Part shown: positions 18,434 through 28,485 of the stretch, piece after piece | How positions within the stretch are numbered: the stretch's first letter is position 1 | How the letters are laid out: each line of letters starts with the position of its first letter | Assembly (NCBI GenBank): GCA_934699095.1 | Contig: CAKUVI010000006.1 | Span: forward strand, 56,461 to 120,460 | Length of the DNA: 64,000 bases | Direction: 5' to 3' | Source of the DNA: an uncultured Bacteroidales bacterium | Lineage (GTDB): Bacteria; Bacteroidota; Bacteroidia; Bacteroidales; WCHB1-69 | Made by a program: the position numbers and the translations under genes | The notes under the pieces: generated by a model | Databases searched by the model: none | What the model was told of the DNA's origin: nothing | Seen by the model: only the letters and a program-made list of their open reading frames with translations

Positions 18434-19528
18434 ATGGCAAAAGAATTAGTATTAATGAAGGGAAACCAAGCCATTGCAGAAGCTGCGATCCGTTGCGGTG
18501 CAGATGGTTACTTCGGTTATCCTATTACGCCGCAGTCAGAGGTTTTGGAGCATTTGATGGCGGAGAGACCATACGATGAGAATTCCCCAGCTTATACAGG
18601 AATGACAATTCTTCAAGCAGAGAGTGAATTGGCATCAATCAATATGGTGTATGCTGGTGCTGCAGCAGGCAAGCGCGTCATGACATCATCATCATCCCCC
18701 GGCTTCTCTTTGATGCAAGAGGGCTTGTCATACATCGCAGGCGCAGAGCTTCCTGCAGTGTGCGTCAACGTCGTACGCGGCGGCCCTGGCCTCGGAACCA
18801 TCCAACCTTCACAGTCTGACTATTTCCAGACCACCAAGGGCGGCGGTCACGGCGACTACCGTCTCATCACCCTCGCTCCGGCAACCGTTCAGGAAATGTA
18901 CGATTTCGTTGAGCTCGGTTTCGACTTGGCTTTCAAATACCGCAATCCGGTCGCAATCCTCTCTGACGGTGTGATCGGCCAGGTTATGGAAAAAGTAATG
19001 GTTGACGACTACAAACCACGCTGGACAAACGAATATATCGAAGAACATTGCCCTTGGGCTGCAACAGGTCATCGTTCAACAGGCAAGCACAGAATCGTGA
19101 CTTCACTCGAACTTGAGGCACTCAAACAAGAGGCTATCAACGACCGCATCCAGGCAAAATACAGAAAATGCGAGGAAGAAGACACACGCTACGAAGCAAT
19201 CCAATGCGAGGATGCCGAATATCTGTTCGTGGCTTATGGTTCAGCTGCCCGTATCTGCATGAAATCAATGGAATTGGCCCGCGCTGAGGGTATCAAGGTC
19301 GGCCTCATCCGCCCAATCACACTTTGGCCCTTCCCGACCAAAGCTATCAAGGAAATCGGCGGCCGCATGAAGAAAATCTTGAGCGTTGAAATGAATGCCG
19401 GACAGATGATCGAAGATGTGAGAATGGCTGTTGACTGCAATGTTCCCGTTGAACACTACGGTCGTTACGGTGGCGTTATCCCAACACCGGTAGAAATTCT
19501 CGATGCTTTGAAAAAAATGATTAAATAA
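18434..19528 (+). CDS. 2-oxoacid (likely 2-oxoglutarate):ferredoxin oxidoreductase alpha subunit
   Basis: 364 aa with an N-terminus (KGNQAIAEAAIRCGADGYFGYPITPQSE) typical of the OFOR alpha subunit. The delta-alpha-beta-gamma gene order and subunit sizes match OorDABC-type enzymes. Confidence 0.85.
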   Translation: MAKELVLMKGNQAIAEAAIRCGADGYFGYPITPQSEVLEHLMAERPYDENSPAYTGMTILQAESELASINMVYAGAAAGKRVMTSSSSPGFSLMQEGLSYIAGAELPAVCVNVVRGGPGLGTIQPSQSDYFQTTKGGGHGDYRLITLAPATVQEMYDFVELGFDLAFKYRNPVAILSDGVIGQVMEKVMVDDYKPRWTNEYIEEHCPWAATGHRSTGKHRIVTSLELEALKQEAINDRIQAKYRKCEEEDTRYEAIQCEDAEYLFVAYGSAARICMKSMELARAEGIKVGLIRPITLWPFPTKAIKEIGGRMKKILSVEMNAGQMIEDVRMAVDCNVPVEHYGRYGGVIPTPVEILDALKKMIK

Positions 19529-19546
19529 TTTAAAGTTTTTGAAACA

Positions 19547-20389
19547 ATGACAAGAGAAGATATAATTAAACCCGAAAATTTGGTGTATAAACGCACTCCC
19601 GTCCTCACGGATGCCACAATGCACTATTGTCCAGGCTGCGGTCACGGTGTTGTTCACAGAATCATCGCCGAGGTGATCGAAGAGATGGGCATCCAGAACA
19701 ATGTCATCGGTATCTCACCGGTAGGATGTTCTGTTTTGGCTTACAACTATTTTGATGTTGACTTCGTGGAAGCAGCTCACGGCAGAGCCCCTGCCTGCGC
19801 TTCTGCCATCAAACGTCTCCGTCCCGACACATTCGTGTTCTCTTATCAGGGCGATGGCGACTTGGCATCAATCGGCTGCGCCGAGGTAATGCACGCATGC
19901 AACCGCGGTGAGAATATCACCATGATATTCATCAACAACGGTATCTATGGTATGACCGGCGGTCAGATGGCTCCTACTACCCTCGAAGGTATGGAAACCG
20001 TCACCTGCCCTTACGGCCGTGATCCGAAAATCATGGGACACACCATGCGTATCACAGAGATGCTGGCTCAACTCCCTGGCACATACTATGTTACCCGTCA
20101 GGCTGTTTACACACCGGCAGCTGCCCGCAGATGCAAGAAGGCTATCCGCATGGCTTTCGAAAACCAAAAACTCAACAAGGGCGTTTCTTTCGTGGAAGTT
20201 ACCTCTAACTGTAACTCCGGCTGGAAGATGACACCTGTTCAAGCCAATAAATGGATGGAAGAGAACACCCTTAAGTTCTTCCCACTCGGTGATATGAAAG
20301 TTGACGGCAAATACGATCCTAAGTTCATCGAACGCGTCGGCACATTCGACCAACCGAATGAAACCATCTTTTCATTGAGAAAAAAATAA
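19547..20389 (+). CDS. 2-oxoacid:ferredoxin oxidoreductase beta subunit (TPP-binding)
   Basis: 280 aa with the CPGCGHG motif and the TPP motif GDGD...NNGIYGMTGGQ. Confidence 0.85.
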   Translation: MTREDIIKPENLVYKRTPVLTDATMHYCPGCGHGVVHRIIAEVIEEMGIQNNVIGISPVGCSVLAYNYFDVDFVEAAHGRAPACASAIKRLRPDTFVFSYQGDGDLASIGCAEVMHACNRGENITMIFINNGIYGMTGGQMAPTTLEGMETVTCPYGRDPKIMGHTMRITEMLAQLPGTYYVTRQAVYTPAAARRCKKAIRMAFENQKLNKGVSFVEVTSNCNSGWKMTPVQANKWMEENTLKFFPLGDMKVDGKYDPKFIERVGTFDQPNETIFSLRKK

Positions 20390-20410
20390 TTCACTAAAAT
20401 CCTTAAGAAA

Positions 20411-20962
20411 ATGACTGAAGAAATCATTATAGCAGGCTTTGGCGGACAGGGAGTGCTCTCAATGGGTAAGATTCTCGCTTACGCCGGCATCATGCAAGAT
20501 AAAGAAGTGAGCTGGTTGCCTTCTTACGGTCCTGAAATGCGCGGCGGCACATCAAATGTCACCGTCATCATCAGCGATGAACGCATCTGCTCCCCTTATT
20601 TGAACCAATTCGACACAGCCATCATCCTTAACCAACAGTCAATGGATAAGTTTGAATCAGCTGTTAAACCTGGCGGTCTCTTGATTTATGACCCTAACGG
20701 TATCACAAACCACCCGACCCGCAAGGACATCAACATCTACCAAGTGGCAGCCGCAGACAAGGCTAACGAGATGGGTATCAGCAAACTGTTCAACATGATC
20801 GTGTTGGGCGGCTTCCTGAAAGTTAAACCTCTTGTTACCCCTGAAATGTTGCACAAAGGCCTGGAGAAATCTCTCCCTGCCCGTCACCACGCCCTCATCC
20901 CTAAAAACGAAGAGGCCGTTGAAATCGGTAAACAATTGCTTAAACCTTACCACACTCTGTAA
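20411..20962 (+). CDS. 2-oxoacid:ferredoxin oxidoreductase gamma subunit
   Basis: 183 aa. The N-terminus IIIAGFGGQGVLSMGKILA is typical of the gamma subunit. Confidence 0.85.
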   Translation: MTEEIIIAGFGGQGVLSMGKILAYAGIMQDKEVSWLPSYGPEMRGGTSNVTVIISDERICSPYLNQFDTAIILNQQSMDKFESAVKPGGLLIYDPNGITNHPTRKDINIYQVAAADKANEMGISKLFNMIVLGGFLKVKPLVTPEMLHKGLEKSLPARHHALIPKNEEAVEIGKQLLKPYHTL

Positions 20963-20980
20963 TACAGAGTCATAACTGAA

Positions 20981-21017
20981 GAAGCCTCCGCTGTACAACG
21001 GAGGCTTCTTTTATTTT
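20981..21017 (+). terminator. Rho-independent terminator after the oxidoreductase operon
   Basis: The stem gaagcctccg / cggaggcttc (8-nt loop) is followed by ttttatttt. Confidence 0.75.
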
Positions 21018-21159
21018 GCCTATCTTGACCCGAAACAATGTATATACGCAAATCACCATGTGGCAGCCATAAAGATACACCGTTGAATAGTTGAAAATAA
21101 TATTAAGGATATTCGGCGATTTTTTGGATTTAAAGATTGAATGTTAAATAAAAAAGTGC

Positions 21160-21167
21160 TATATTTG
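21160..21167 (+). promoter_or_regulatory. -7 promoter box (TATATTTG) for the C10 peptidase gene
   Basis: Fits TAnnTTTG and lies ~26 nt upstream of the ATG at 21193. Confidence 0.55.
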
Positions 21168-21192
21168 CACGTTTTTTTTATAAATATTTCGT

Positions 21193-23310
21193 ATGAAAAA
21201 ACTCTCCTTATTAAGCATTATCCTGCTGTTTGCGGCGTTCGTGGCTTCCGCCCAGCGCGTCTCAGAATCTCAGGCATCTTTAGTGTGCAAGAATTTTCTC
21301 ACAGAAAAAGGAAAAACTCCCGACTATCAGTTAAGAATAACAGAAACTTTTACCCAAGAAAACGGCGAATCAGCTTTCTATAGATTCGATATTCCCGACG
21401 GGGGCTTCGTGATTGTTTCTGCCTCAAAAACAACTCCTCCAATCTTGGCCTACTCTTTGTCGAACAATTTTGAACTTATACCCCCGGTGCGTGACCTTTT
21501 TGAGCTTTATAAGGCTGAAATAGAACAGGCTGAAGCCAACAAATGGGACGCCCGTGAAAAAGCTGCAGCTAACTGGAACCACTTCCTTGCCGATGAATTC
21601 AAAGCCAGGGACACTCGCGGCCTGACAGGCGGTCCGCTGCTTACAACCACTTGGGACCAAGGCCGTTACTATAATACCTACTGTCCTTGGGACGTCAATG
21701 CTGGTGCATACTACGACTACCGCGTGCCTAACGGATGTGTTGCCCTCGCATGCTCTCAACTTATAAACTACCACCGCTTCCCTGAAAGCGGTATCGGCGT
21801 GACCACCTACGTTCCTCAAGGCTATCCGAGACAGACCGTCTATTTCTACAAGCACAAATACAACTACGACGCCATGTGTGACCATCCGACCAACTATGCC
21901 AACGAAATCGCAAAGTTAGCCTACCACTTCGGAGTGGCCATCCAAATGAACTACAACTACGACGGCTCCGGCGCCCAAAGTCAACAGGCCAAGGCAAAAC
22001 TTCAATCCGTATTCAACTACGACCAAAGCATCACAACCTATTATCGTGGCAACTACCTTGACACATTGGTGACTGAATTTATCGAAATGCTTAAAAATGA
22101 GATAAATAACAGACGTGTGGTTTATTACTCGGGCTGTAACTCAAGTTATAATTCTTGTCACGCATACCTCCTTGACGGATATGATGAAAACGACCTTTTC
22201 AGCTTGAATTACGGATGGGGCGGCGCGTCAAACGGATACTATGCGATTGATAACTTCGTTGCCGGTCCTACTCACTTTGACTTTGGCTCCGAAACTATTG
22301 TGAACATTTTTCCGTCAGGTGCTGTGGAACCGACTTATTGCCAGGGACATAAGCGCAATACAGCAAGCTTCGGATATGTTGCCGACGGCTCCCCAACAAC
22401 TAAACCCTACCAGTCTAATCCCGATTGCTCTTGGATGGTAGCCGTGCCAGATGCTTATCAATATAACTTCAAATTCGACAGAATCGACCTTAATGAGGGC
22501 GACTATGTCACTATCTACAACGGCCCGACAGAGGAGAGCGGGGTTTTGGTGTCTCTCACAGGCTCTGAACTCCCTCAAAACAACAGCTTCAACGTCTCTG
22601 CCGACAGTGTTTTGATTACCTTCAAGGGAAATACCAACAATACAGACCATTACGGCTTTTTGATATCCTATAGCTCAACTCTCCCCGCCCGAACATGCTC
22701 CGGCACAACTCAGGTTGAGAATGTATGGACCACCACAATCTCGGACGGCTCTCAAGACGGCGAGAATTATATGCCAGAAACTAATTGCACTTGGAACATC
22801 AGACACCAATATATCTCTGGCTATGCTTTTACATTCACAAAGTTTGACCTCGGATACGGTGATTTCGTTGATATCTATAATGCCGGAACCAACCCCGCAA
22901 CTTTCTATAAACGTTTCGACATTAACAATGTGCCGGAAGGCGTATATAACGTGCCTTTCAAACGTATGCAAGTTAAGTTTGTGGCCGACAACTGGGATCA
23001 AAAAGACGGTTTTTCTCTCGGATATTATGCTTTGGCTGCAATTGAAGATTACAACGGCTTGGAAGATCTTACCGTGTATCCGAACCCCGCAACCGACAAT
23101 GTGAACATAGATTTTACAATGAACGAATCAGAAAAGGTTGTGCTCAGTCTGTTCGATATGACAGGAAAAATGCTTCGCAGCATGGATGCCCAAGCATTGA
23201 ATGGCAGCAATCACGTTTCATTTGATGTTTCTGGTCTTGCAAATGGTATCTACGTTCTGGAAATCAATACTGAAAAAGGTAAATCAATAAGAAAAATAAC
23301 TGTCCAATAG
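21193..23310 (+). CDS. C10-family (streptopain/SpeB-like) cysteine peptidase with beta-sandwich domains and a T9SS C-terminal sorting domain
   Basis: 705 aa with a signal peptide. The catalytic Cys context is NGCVALACSQLINYH and the His context is CHAYLLDGYDENDLFSLNYGWGG. The C-terminus LTVYPNPATDNVNIDF...GIYVLEINTEKGKSIRKITVQ is a typical T9SS CTD. Confidence 0.85.
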   Translation: MKKLSLLSIILLFAAFVASAQRVSESQASLVCKNFLTEKGKTPDYQLRITETFTQENGESAFYRFDIPDGGFVIVSASKTTPPILAYSLSNNFELIPPVRDLFELYKAEIEQAEANKWDAREKAAANWNHFLADEFKARDTRGLTGGPLLTTTWDQGRYYNTYCPWDVNAGAYYDYRVPNGCVALACSQLINYHRFPESGIGVTTYVPQGYPRQTVYFYKHKYNYDAMCDHPTNYANEIAKLAYHFGVAIQMNYNYDGSGAQSQQAKAKLQSVFNYDQSITTYYRGNYLDTLVTEFIEMLKNEINNRRVVYYSGCNSSYNSCHAYLLDGYDENDLFSLNYGWGGASNGYYAIDNFVAGPTHFDFGSETIVNIFPSGAVEPTYCQGHKRNTASFGYVADGSPTTKPYQSNPDCSWMVAVPDAYQYNFKFDRIDLNEGDYVTIYNGPTEESGVLVSLTGSELPQNNSFNVSADSVLITFKGNTNNTDHYGFLISYSSTLPARTCSGTTQVENVWTTTISDGSQDGENYMPETNCTWNIRHQYISGYAFTFTKFDLGYGDFVDIYNAGTNPATFYKRFDINNVPEGVYNVPFKRMQVKFVADNWDQKDGFSLGYYALAAIEDYNGLEDLTVYPNPATDNVNIDFTMNESEKVVLSLFDMTGKMLRSMDAQALNGSNHVSFDVSGLANGIYVLEINTEKGKSIRKITVQ

Positions 23311-23319
23311 TATTGCAAA

Positions 23320-24411
23320 ATGGGCAAGAAAGTACTTATGGCGATGAGCGGCGGCATTGACAGCAGTGTCGCTGCGTTGCTTTTATTAGAGCAGGGATTT
23401 GAGCTTGAGGGTGTCACTTTCCGCACTTTCGACTCCATAACTGAGAGCTGTATGGCACGCGAGAAAGGATGCTGTTCTGTGGATGCCATCTTCGAAGCCA
23501 AACATTTGGCCGAAAAGCTTGGATTCCCGCATCATATCCTCGATGTCCGCGACCTGTTCAGGCACACCGTCATACAAGATTTCATCGATCGTTATCTTGA
23601 ATGCAAAACACCGAATCCTTGCGTGTTGTGCAATCCAGTGATAAAGTGGGGCAGAGTTCTTGAACTCGCCGACGAACTTGATTGCGACTATATAGCTACT
23701 GGCCACTATGCCAGAATCTCCACTTGCGGAGACCGTTGTTTCCTCCAAAAAGGAGCCGACACCCTCAAGGACCAAACATATTTTCTGTGGAAACTGACAT
23801 CGGAACAGCTAAAGCGTACCATATTTCCTCTTGGAGATCTTACAAAACAGGAAGTCAGGAAAATAGCCGCCGATCATGGATATGTGAAGCTGTCGCAGAA
23901 AAAGGAGAGTGAAGAGATCTGCTTCGTGACCGATGACAATTATCGTAATTTTCTCAAAAGCGAAGTCCCTGACATTGGTTCAATCCTTCCCAAAGGAGAT
24001 ATTGTTGATACCGAAGGAAAGAAATATGGCGAGCATGATGGATTGTACAACTATACTATCGGTCAGCGCAAAGGCCTCGGCGTGGCGCTTGGCTATCCGG
24101 CATACGTTGTTGACTTGAATAAGGAGAACAACACTCTCGTACTTGGATCACGTGAGAAGCTTTATTCTTCCTCGTGTGTTGTTGGCGAGCTTAATCTTAC
24201 CAAAAATCAAGATTTCGAAAACGGTATCATGGTCAACTGTAAGGTACGTTACCGTAGCGAAGGTTGCGAGGCTAAGCTTCTCCACGCTGATGATGGTTCG
24301 GTAAGAGTTGTTTTCAGCGAGCCGGTGTTCGCCATAACCCCTGGACAGAGTGCTGTTTTCTATGACGGTGACGATCTCTTGGGAGGCGGCATTATCGTTT
24401 CCGCAAAGTGA
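23320..24411 (+). CDS. mnmA: tRNA 2-thiouridine(34) synthase MnmA
   Basis: 363 aa with the PP-loop MSGGIDSSVAA and KDQTYFL motifs. Confidence 0.9.
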   Translation: MGKKVLMAMSGGIDSSVAALLLLEQGFELEGVTFRTFDSITESCMAREKGCCSVDAIFEAKHLAEKLGFPHHILDVRDLFRHTVIQDFIDRYLECKTPNPCVLCNPVIKWGRVLELADELDCDYIATGHYARISTCGDRCFLQKGADTLKDQTYFLWKLTSEQLKRTIFPLGDLTKQEVRKIAADHGYVKLSQKKESEEICFVTDDNYRNFLKSEVPDIGSILPKGDIVDTEGKKYGEHDGLYNYTIGQRKGLGVALGYPAYVVDLNKENNTLVLGSREKLYSSSCVVGELNLTKNQDFENGIMVNCKVRYRSEGCEAKLLHADDGSVRVVFSEPVFAITPGQSAVFYDGDDLLGGGIIVSAK

Positions 24412-24912
24412 TTATTTCAATATGAAATGCACGATATTGCTGTATAAGATTGTGTCGGAGGTGCGCACGGCAAAGAGATAGTCGTAAGGCATATCTTTCT
24501 CCAAATCCCTCAAAACAATCTTGTATTTGTGTGATTCCTGTTCTTTTGCATCAATGACATTCCATTCTTTTGTGCCGCTGTAGCGGTAAAACAGAGAGAC
24601 CCGATCTGTGTTGTTTACCGAAGGGGATGTTGTCAGATTGAAAGTCACCGTTGGGTGAAATCCTGAGCTCAGAGTCCATTTCTTGTCAATCACGATGTCT
24701 TTTTCGGTGAAGGAGAGTAATTCTGAGCCTTTGAATTTCGTGGTTAAGGTGGTCTGGGTGGTGGCTTCCTCACGCATTTTCTTCATCGAGAAACGCCAGT
24801 AAAAATATAATCCGGAGAGGAAAGCTATAATTATCAAAGCAAGAACGATGAAAAATCCGTAATGGGATTCATCATCGTTCGTTTTTTTGCCGTTATAAGG
24901 TGTTATTTGCAT
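24412..24912 (-). CDS. Hypothetical single-pass membrane protein
   Basis: The track ORF is 24412..24975. I prefer the ATG at 24912 (MQITPYNGKK...), 1 nt after the upstream gene's stop. It has one TM segment (FFIVLALIIIAFLSGLYFYW) followed by a beta-rich domain. Confidence 0.55.
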   Translation of the reverse strand: MQITPYNGKKTNDDESHYGFFIVLALIIIAFLSGLYFYWRFSMKKMREEATTQTTLTTKFKGSELLSFTEKDIVIDKKWTLSSGFHPTVTFNLTTSPSVNNTDRVSLFYRYSGTKEWNVIDAKEQESHKYKIVLRDLEKDMPYDYLFAVRTSDTILYSNIVHFILK

Positions 24913-24913
24913 A

Positions 24914-25369
24914 CTAATATGACCTGGAGTACATTTCAATGCGCCAGTGGTCGCCGTGTTCATCGTTGAATTCAATGATGAAGTCGCGTCGCGAGAGTCT
25001 CATCACATTGGCGGTGTAGATGTATCTTTTCCCGCAGAAAGTGTAGTTGAAGTCGATGGTCTTGGCTTTAGGGTCAAGGATGTAGGTTGCAAATGAAGAT
25101 TCGCGGATCTCGCCGTTGAACTTGCCGACAACCCTCATGACGTGGTCGGCATAGAGATAATAGAAGGTCTCGGGTTTATAGGCGGTGTATTCGGTATCTT
25201 CAATCTCTTTGCCATTGAGGAATGTGTGTGTGACCTGCCATGAGTTCACTATCCTGTATTCGCTTGAGTAGAGACTGGGGACACCTTCCGGATAGTTCTC
25301 GCAGCCGGAGAGTGCAAACATGGCTGTGAAGGTCAGGACGATAAGGGCTATTCTTGATGTCTTTTTCAT
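24914..25369 (-). CDS. Lipoprotein, lipocalin-like small beta-barrel (hypothetical)
   Basis: 151 aa with a lipoprotein signal ending in LSGC. The sequence is Trp- and beta-strand-rich. The family assignment is tentative. Confidence 0.55.
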   Translation of the reverse strand: MKKTSRIALIVLTFTAMFALSGCENYPEGVPSLYSSEYRIVNSWQVTHTFLNGKEIEDTEYTAYKPETFYYLYADHVMRVVGKFNGEIRESSFATYILDPKAKTIDFNYTFCGKRYIYTANVMRLSRRDFIIEFNDEHGDHWRIEMYSRSY

Positions 25370-25378
25370 TTTCAGCTA

Positions 25379-26062
25379 TTATTTTCGTAATTCTTTCACT
25401 AAGATATCCATGCCAATTGTGGCTTTTTCCTCAATAAAGGATATTTTTGGAGATGCGGACGCTGGTATTTTAGGGTCTATGAGGTATATTTTGGCGTTAT
25501 GCGGAGCATAGTGTACGAGGCCTGCGGCAGGGTACACGGCCAGTGAGGTGCCGACGATTACGAGTATGTCGCATTTTTCCACTTCGCGGGCTGCATCTTC
25601 CAGCAATGGGACGGCCTCGCCGAACCACACGATAAACGGGCGCAGGCGCGAGCCGTCGGCAGCGCGCGACCCCTTGACGATGTCGTCGTAGCCTATGTCT
25701 ATGACGTCAGTCTTGCTCTCGTTGCAGGCTTTCGTCAACTCGCCATGCAGGTGGATGACTTTCGTGGAACCTGCACGCTCGTGAAGATTGTCAACGTTCT
25801 GTGTGACAACTGTCACATCAAAGTCTTTCTCCAAATCTGCAACCAAAAGGTGAGCCTTGTTCGGCTTGCACCCCTCAAGCTGCCTCCTTCGCTCATTGTA
25901 GAAGTCGATTATGAGATCCGGATTCCTGTACCAACCGTCAATTGATGCGACATCCTCAACGTTATGGTTCTCCCAAAGCCCATCGCTGTCGCGGAAAGTG
26001 CTGATTCCGCTCTCAGCGCTTATTCCTGCCCCTGTTAAAAACACAATCCTTTTTTTGCTCAT
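25379..26062 (-). CDS. cobB: NAD-dependent protein deacylase (Sir2 family, CobB-type)
   Basis: 227 aa with GAGISAESGISTFRDSDGLWE, QNVDNLHERAG and HLHGEL motifs. Confidence 0.9.
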   Translation of the reverse strand: MSKKRIVFLTGAGISAESGISTFRDSDGLWENHNVEDVASIDGWYRNPDLIIDFYNERRRQLEGCKPNKAHLLVADLEKDFDVTVVTQNVDNLHERAGSTKVIHLHGELTKACNESKTDVIDIGYDDIVKGSRAADGSRLRPFIVWFGEAVPLLEDAAREVEKCDILVIVGTSLAVYPAAGLVHYAPHNAKIYLIDPKIPASASPKISFIEEKATIGMDILVKELRK

Positions 26063-26085
26063 TTTTTTTCTTTTTATATTAAACG

Positions 26086-26093
26086 CAAAAATA
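26086..26093 (-). promoter_or_regulatory. -7 promoter box (TATTTTTG) for cobB
   Basis: The plus strand reads caaaaata. It lies ~24 nt upstream of the ATG at 26062 and is divergent from the box at 26106. Confidence 0.5.
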
Positions 26094-26105
26094 TGAAATT
26101 TTGTC

Positions 26106-26113
26106 TATATTTG
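26106..26113 (+). promoter_or_regulatory. -7 promoter box (TATATTTG) for the DUF4230-like pair
   Basis: Fits TAnnTTTG and lies ~23 nt upstream of the ATG at 26136. Confidence 0.55.
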
Positions 26114-26135
26114 CAAATAAAACTTAAGATTTGAA

Positions 26136-26750
26136 ATGAAATTAGATTCCAATCAAAAATCAGTGATTTTCCTGCTGGTCTGCGTCCTTCTGCTTTTCAC
26201 GGCTCTGCTTGTCCCGTACAAGAGAGTTCAGGAAAAATCCTTTAATAAAAAGGAGATACTCGGAGTTCTCAAAGAACAGAGCAAAATAGCCACCACTGAG
26301 GTCTCCATCAGGAAAATGGGCGTTTACGATTCAGAAACGGAAATTAAATCCCTTAACCCGTCAAAATGGAAGCTTGGGATGCGTGTGTGCGTAGTGCCCG
26401 TGGATGTTAAAATCCGTTATGGTATTGATCTCGAAAAACTGAACGACAGCGATATTGAGATTCTGAAGGGCGACTCTGTGAGAATTCATCTTCCGTCCCC
26501 TGAAATAATCGACAAGGGCTTTGTGCCTACAACCGATAATAATGAGGTTGTGGTGTTGAAGACAGGCCTGCGCGATGATGTGGGCGAATCCACAATCCAG
26601 GAGATTAAAAACCTTGCATTTGAAGATGTTATTGCACAGGAAAAGGATATTAAGGACAAGATTTCAGATGAAATCAAAAACAATACAGAGGTTGTCTTCA
26701 CTTCTGTTTTATCACAAATGGGTTTGACACCTGTCTTCGTATATGAATAA
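26136..26750 (+). CDS. Membrane-anchored hypothetical protein (DUF4230-like)
   Basis: 204 aa with an N-terminal TM segment. The motif VDVKIRYGIDLEKLNDSDIEI...IHLPSPEII resembles DUF4230 as I recall it. Confidence 0.55.
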   Translation: MKLDSNQKSVIFLLVCVLLLFTALLVPYKRVQEKSFNKKEILGVLKEQSKIATTEVSIRKMGVYDSETEIKSLNPSKWKLGMRVCVVPVDVKIRYGIDLEKLNDSDIEILKGDSVRIHLPSPEIIDKGFVPTTDNNEVVVLKTGLRDDVGESTIQEIKNLAFEDVIAQEKDIKDKISDEIKNNTEVVFTSVLSQMGLTPVFVYE

Positions 26751-27354
26751 TAAGATGGTTATGAACACAAGATTTTTCAAGATATTCGGTTTGATATGCC
26801 TTGTTTTGGCCGCTTTCTGTCTGTATTCCAAATTTTCATCGAAGGATGATCCCGATGCTATCAAAATAGAGGATACACCAGCGGTTATAGAATCAACCCG
26901 CCCGATAGGTGTGCTTTATTTATACACAGCTGTCGTGGAAGAGTATGCCAATGATGCCTTCTATGGAAGTGGCATCGGAAGCTCGTTGTTAGGCAAAGGC
27001 AACGGAGTGCTGAAACGCAAGCATTCCTGCGTGCAGATACTGAAGCAACAGGTTAACCTGACCATGGATATGAATAGTGTTAAGTACGAGCCGATTGCTA
27101 ACACCGACACTGTGATCGTGAGCCTCCCTGATGTTGATTTTTCACAGTCAACAATCGGTTCCTGGTTCAAATCCGACAGCGAAAGCGAGGAACGTGCCGT
27201 GGAGTACGATTCCAAACCGTTAATTGAGCGTGTTGAGAGAAAAATCGAGTCGAAATACAACACTATAGACAACAGGAACAAAGCCCGTCAACAGGCTGAG
27301 AATGTGCTTTCAGAGTTTCTTCAAAGAGAAGGGAAAATCGCGGTCTTCAATTAA
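26743..27354 (+). CDS. Membrane-anchored hypothetical protein (second DUF4230-like paralog)
   Basis: 203 aa with an N-terminal TM segment. It overlaps the upstream gene by 8 nt. Alternative ATGs are at 26755 and 26761. Confidence 0.5.
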   Translation: MNNKMVMNTRFFKIFGLICLVLAAFCLYSKFSSKDDPDAIKIEDTPAVIESTRPIGVLYLYTAVVEEYANDAFYGSGIGSSLLGKGNGVLKRKHSCVQILKQQVNLTMDMNSVKYEPIANTDTVIVSLPDVDFSQSTIGSWFKSDSESEERAVEYDSKPLIERVERKIESKYNTIDNRNKARQQAENVLSEFLQREGKIAVFN

Positions 27355-28397
27355 AATGTCCTGTTTTCTTTAGGAGGGAAGAAAACAGAAGCCAAGATGC
27401 TGACGGCCAGAATGGAGATGATGACAACCAAGGATGTCACAATTCCTATCTCTATGTGAAGGAGAGGCAGGAACATCTTGACACCAATAAATGTCAACAA
27501 TACCGACAAGCCGATTCTCAGATATGCGAATTTGTCCATGATGCTCTCCAACATGAAAAACATTGATCTTAAGCCCAATATAGCAAAGATATTGGAGAAG
27601 AAGACAATGTGCGGGTCGTGAGTTACGGAGAAAATGGCAGGGATTGAGTCGAATGCGAATATGATGTCGGAGAATTCTATGATCAAAAGCACAACGAAAA
27701 GCGGTGTGCAGAGCCATCTTCCATCGATTTTGGTGAAGAAATCATGACCGGAAAAAGCAGAAGTGCTGAGTTTGTGCTTTGTCATGAATTTTACAACCGG
27801 GTGGTTTTCAACGTCAACAGTCTCTTTCTTGTTCCTTTCAAGGAACATCTTGATTCCGGAATAGATAAGAATACCACCGAAGATGAGCAGCAGCCAATGG
27901 AATCGCTGGATGAGTGCGGAGGCAGTGAATATGAATATGAAACGCAGCACAATGGCCCCCAAAATACCATAGAACAGAACCCTGTGGTAGTATTGCTTTT
28001 CAACCCCGAACGACATGAAGATCATGATCATCACGAAGATGTTGTCGATTGAAAGCGAGAGTTCTATGAGATAACCTGTTATATATTCAAGAGAAAGTTG
28101 CTTTTTGTATGCTTTCAGATTCTCTTCAAATGACAAGGCGTCATCGTATGTCACGCCATGTTCATATAGTTCATTCTGGGCGATGAGATGGTCTTTGTCG
28201 TGCACGTTCACGATAAAGTCGCCCTTAGTTCTCAAAAAGATAAAGAATATCAATGAGAGTGAAATCCATAGTGCAGTCCAACCCGCTGACTCTTTGAAGG
28301 TTACAATATGATCTTTCTTGTGAAGTACTCCAAGGTCAAGGAACATCAGAAATGATACAAAAACGATAAAGATCAGTAAAAACAGGTTTTCAGTCAT
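27351..28397 (-). CDS. TerC-family integral membrane protein
   Basis: 348 aa, multi-pass, with the conserved TerC motifs LSLSIDNIFV and EFSDIIFAFDSIPAIF. Confidence 0.85.
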   Translation of the reverse strand: MTENLFLLIFIVFVSFLMFLDLGVLHKKDHIVTFKESAGWTALWISLSLIFFIFLRTKGDFIVNVHDKDHLIAQNELYEHGVTYDDALSFEENLKAYKKQLSLEYITGYLIELSLSIDNIFVMIMIFMSFGVEKQYYHRVLFYGILGAIVLRFIFIFTASALIQRFHWLLLIFGGILIYSGIKMFLERNKKETVDVENHPVVKFMTKHKLSTSAFSGHDFFTKIDGRWLCTPLFVVLLIIEFSDIIFAFDSIPAIFSVTHDPHIVFFSNIFAILGLRSMFFMLESIMDKFAYLRIGLSVLLTFIGVKMFLPLLHIEIGIVTSLVVIISILAVSILASVFFPPKENRTF

Positions 28398-28485
28398 AGT
28401 TGATAAATTTGGCTGCGAAAATACATTTTTTGTCTGATAATCAGTTTTAAAATGTTGGAAAATTCAGAATTCATTCAGATATGAG

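Noticed and set aside
25379-26062. SIR2-domain protein as a possible anti-phage (Thoeris/DSR-like) effector
   Set aside because: It is a short (227 aa) stand-alone sirtuin with the full CobB-type deacylase motifs. It has no fused sensor or effector domain, no defence-type neighbours and no mobile-element context.
28398-28485. Possible yybP-ykoY (Mn2+) riboswitch upstream of the TerC-family gene
   Set aside because: The spacer is only 88 nt and AT-rich, with no visible conserved helices or the characteristic GGAGAGUAG-type core. It contains only an imperfect promoter box (TATTTTCG).
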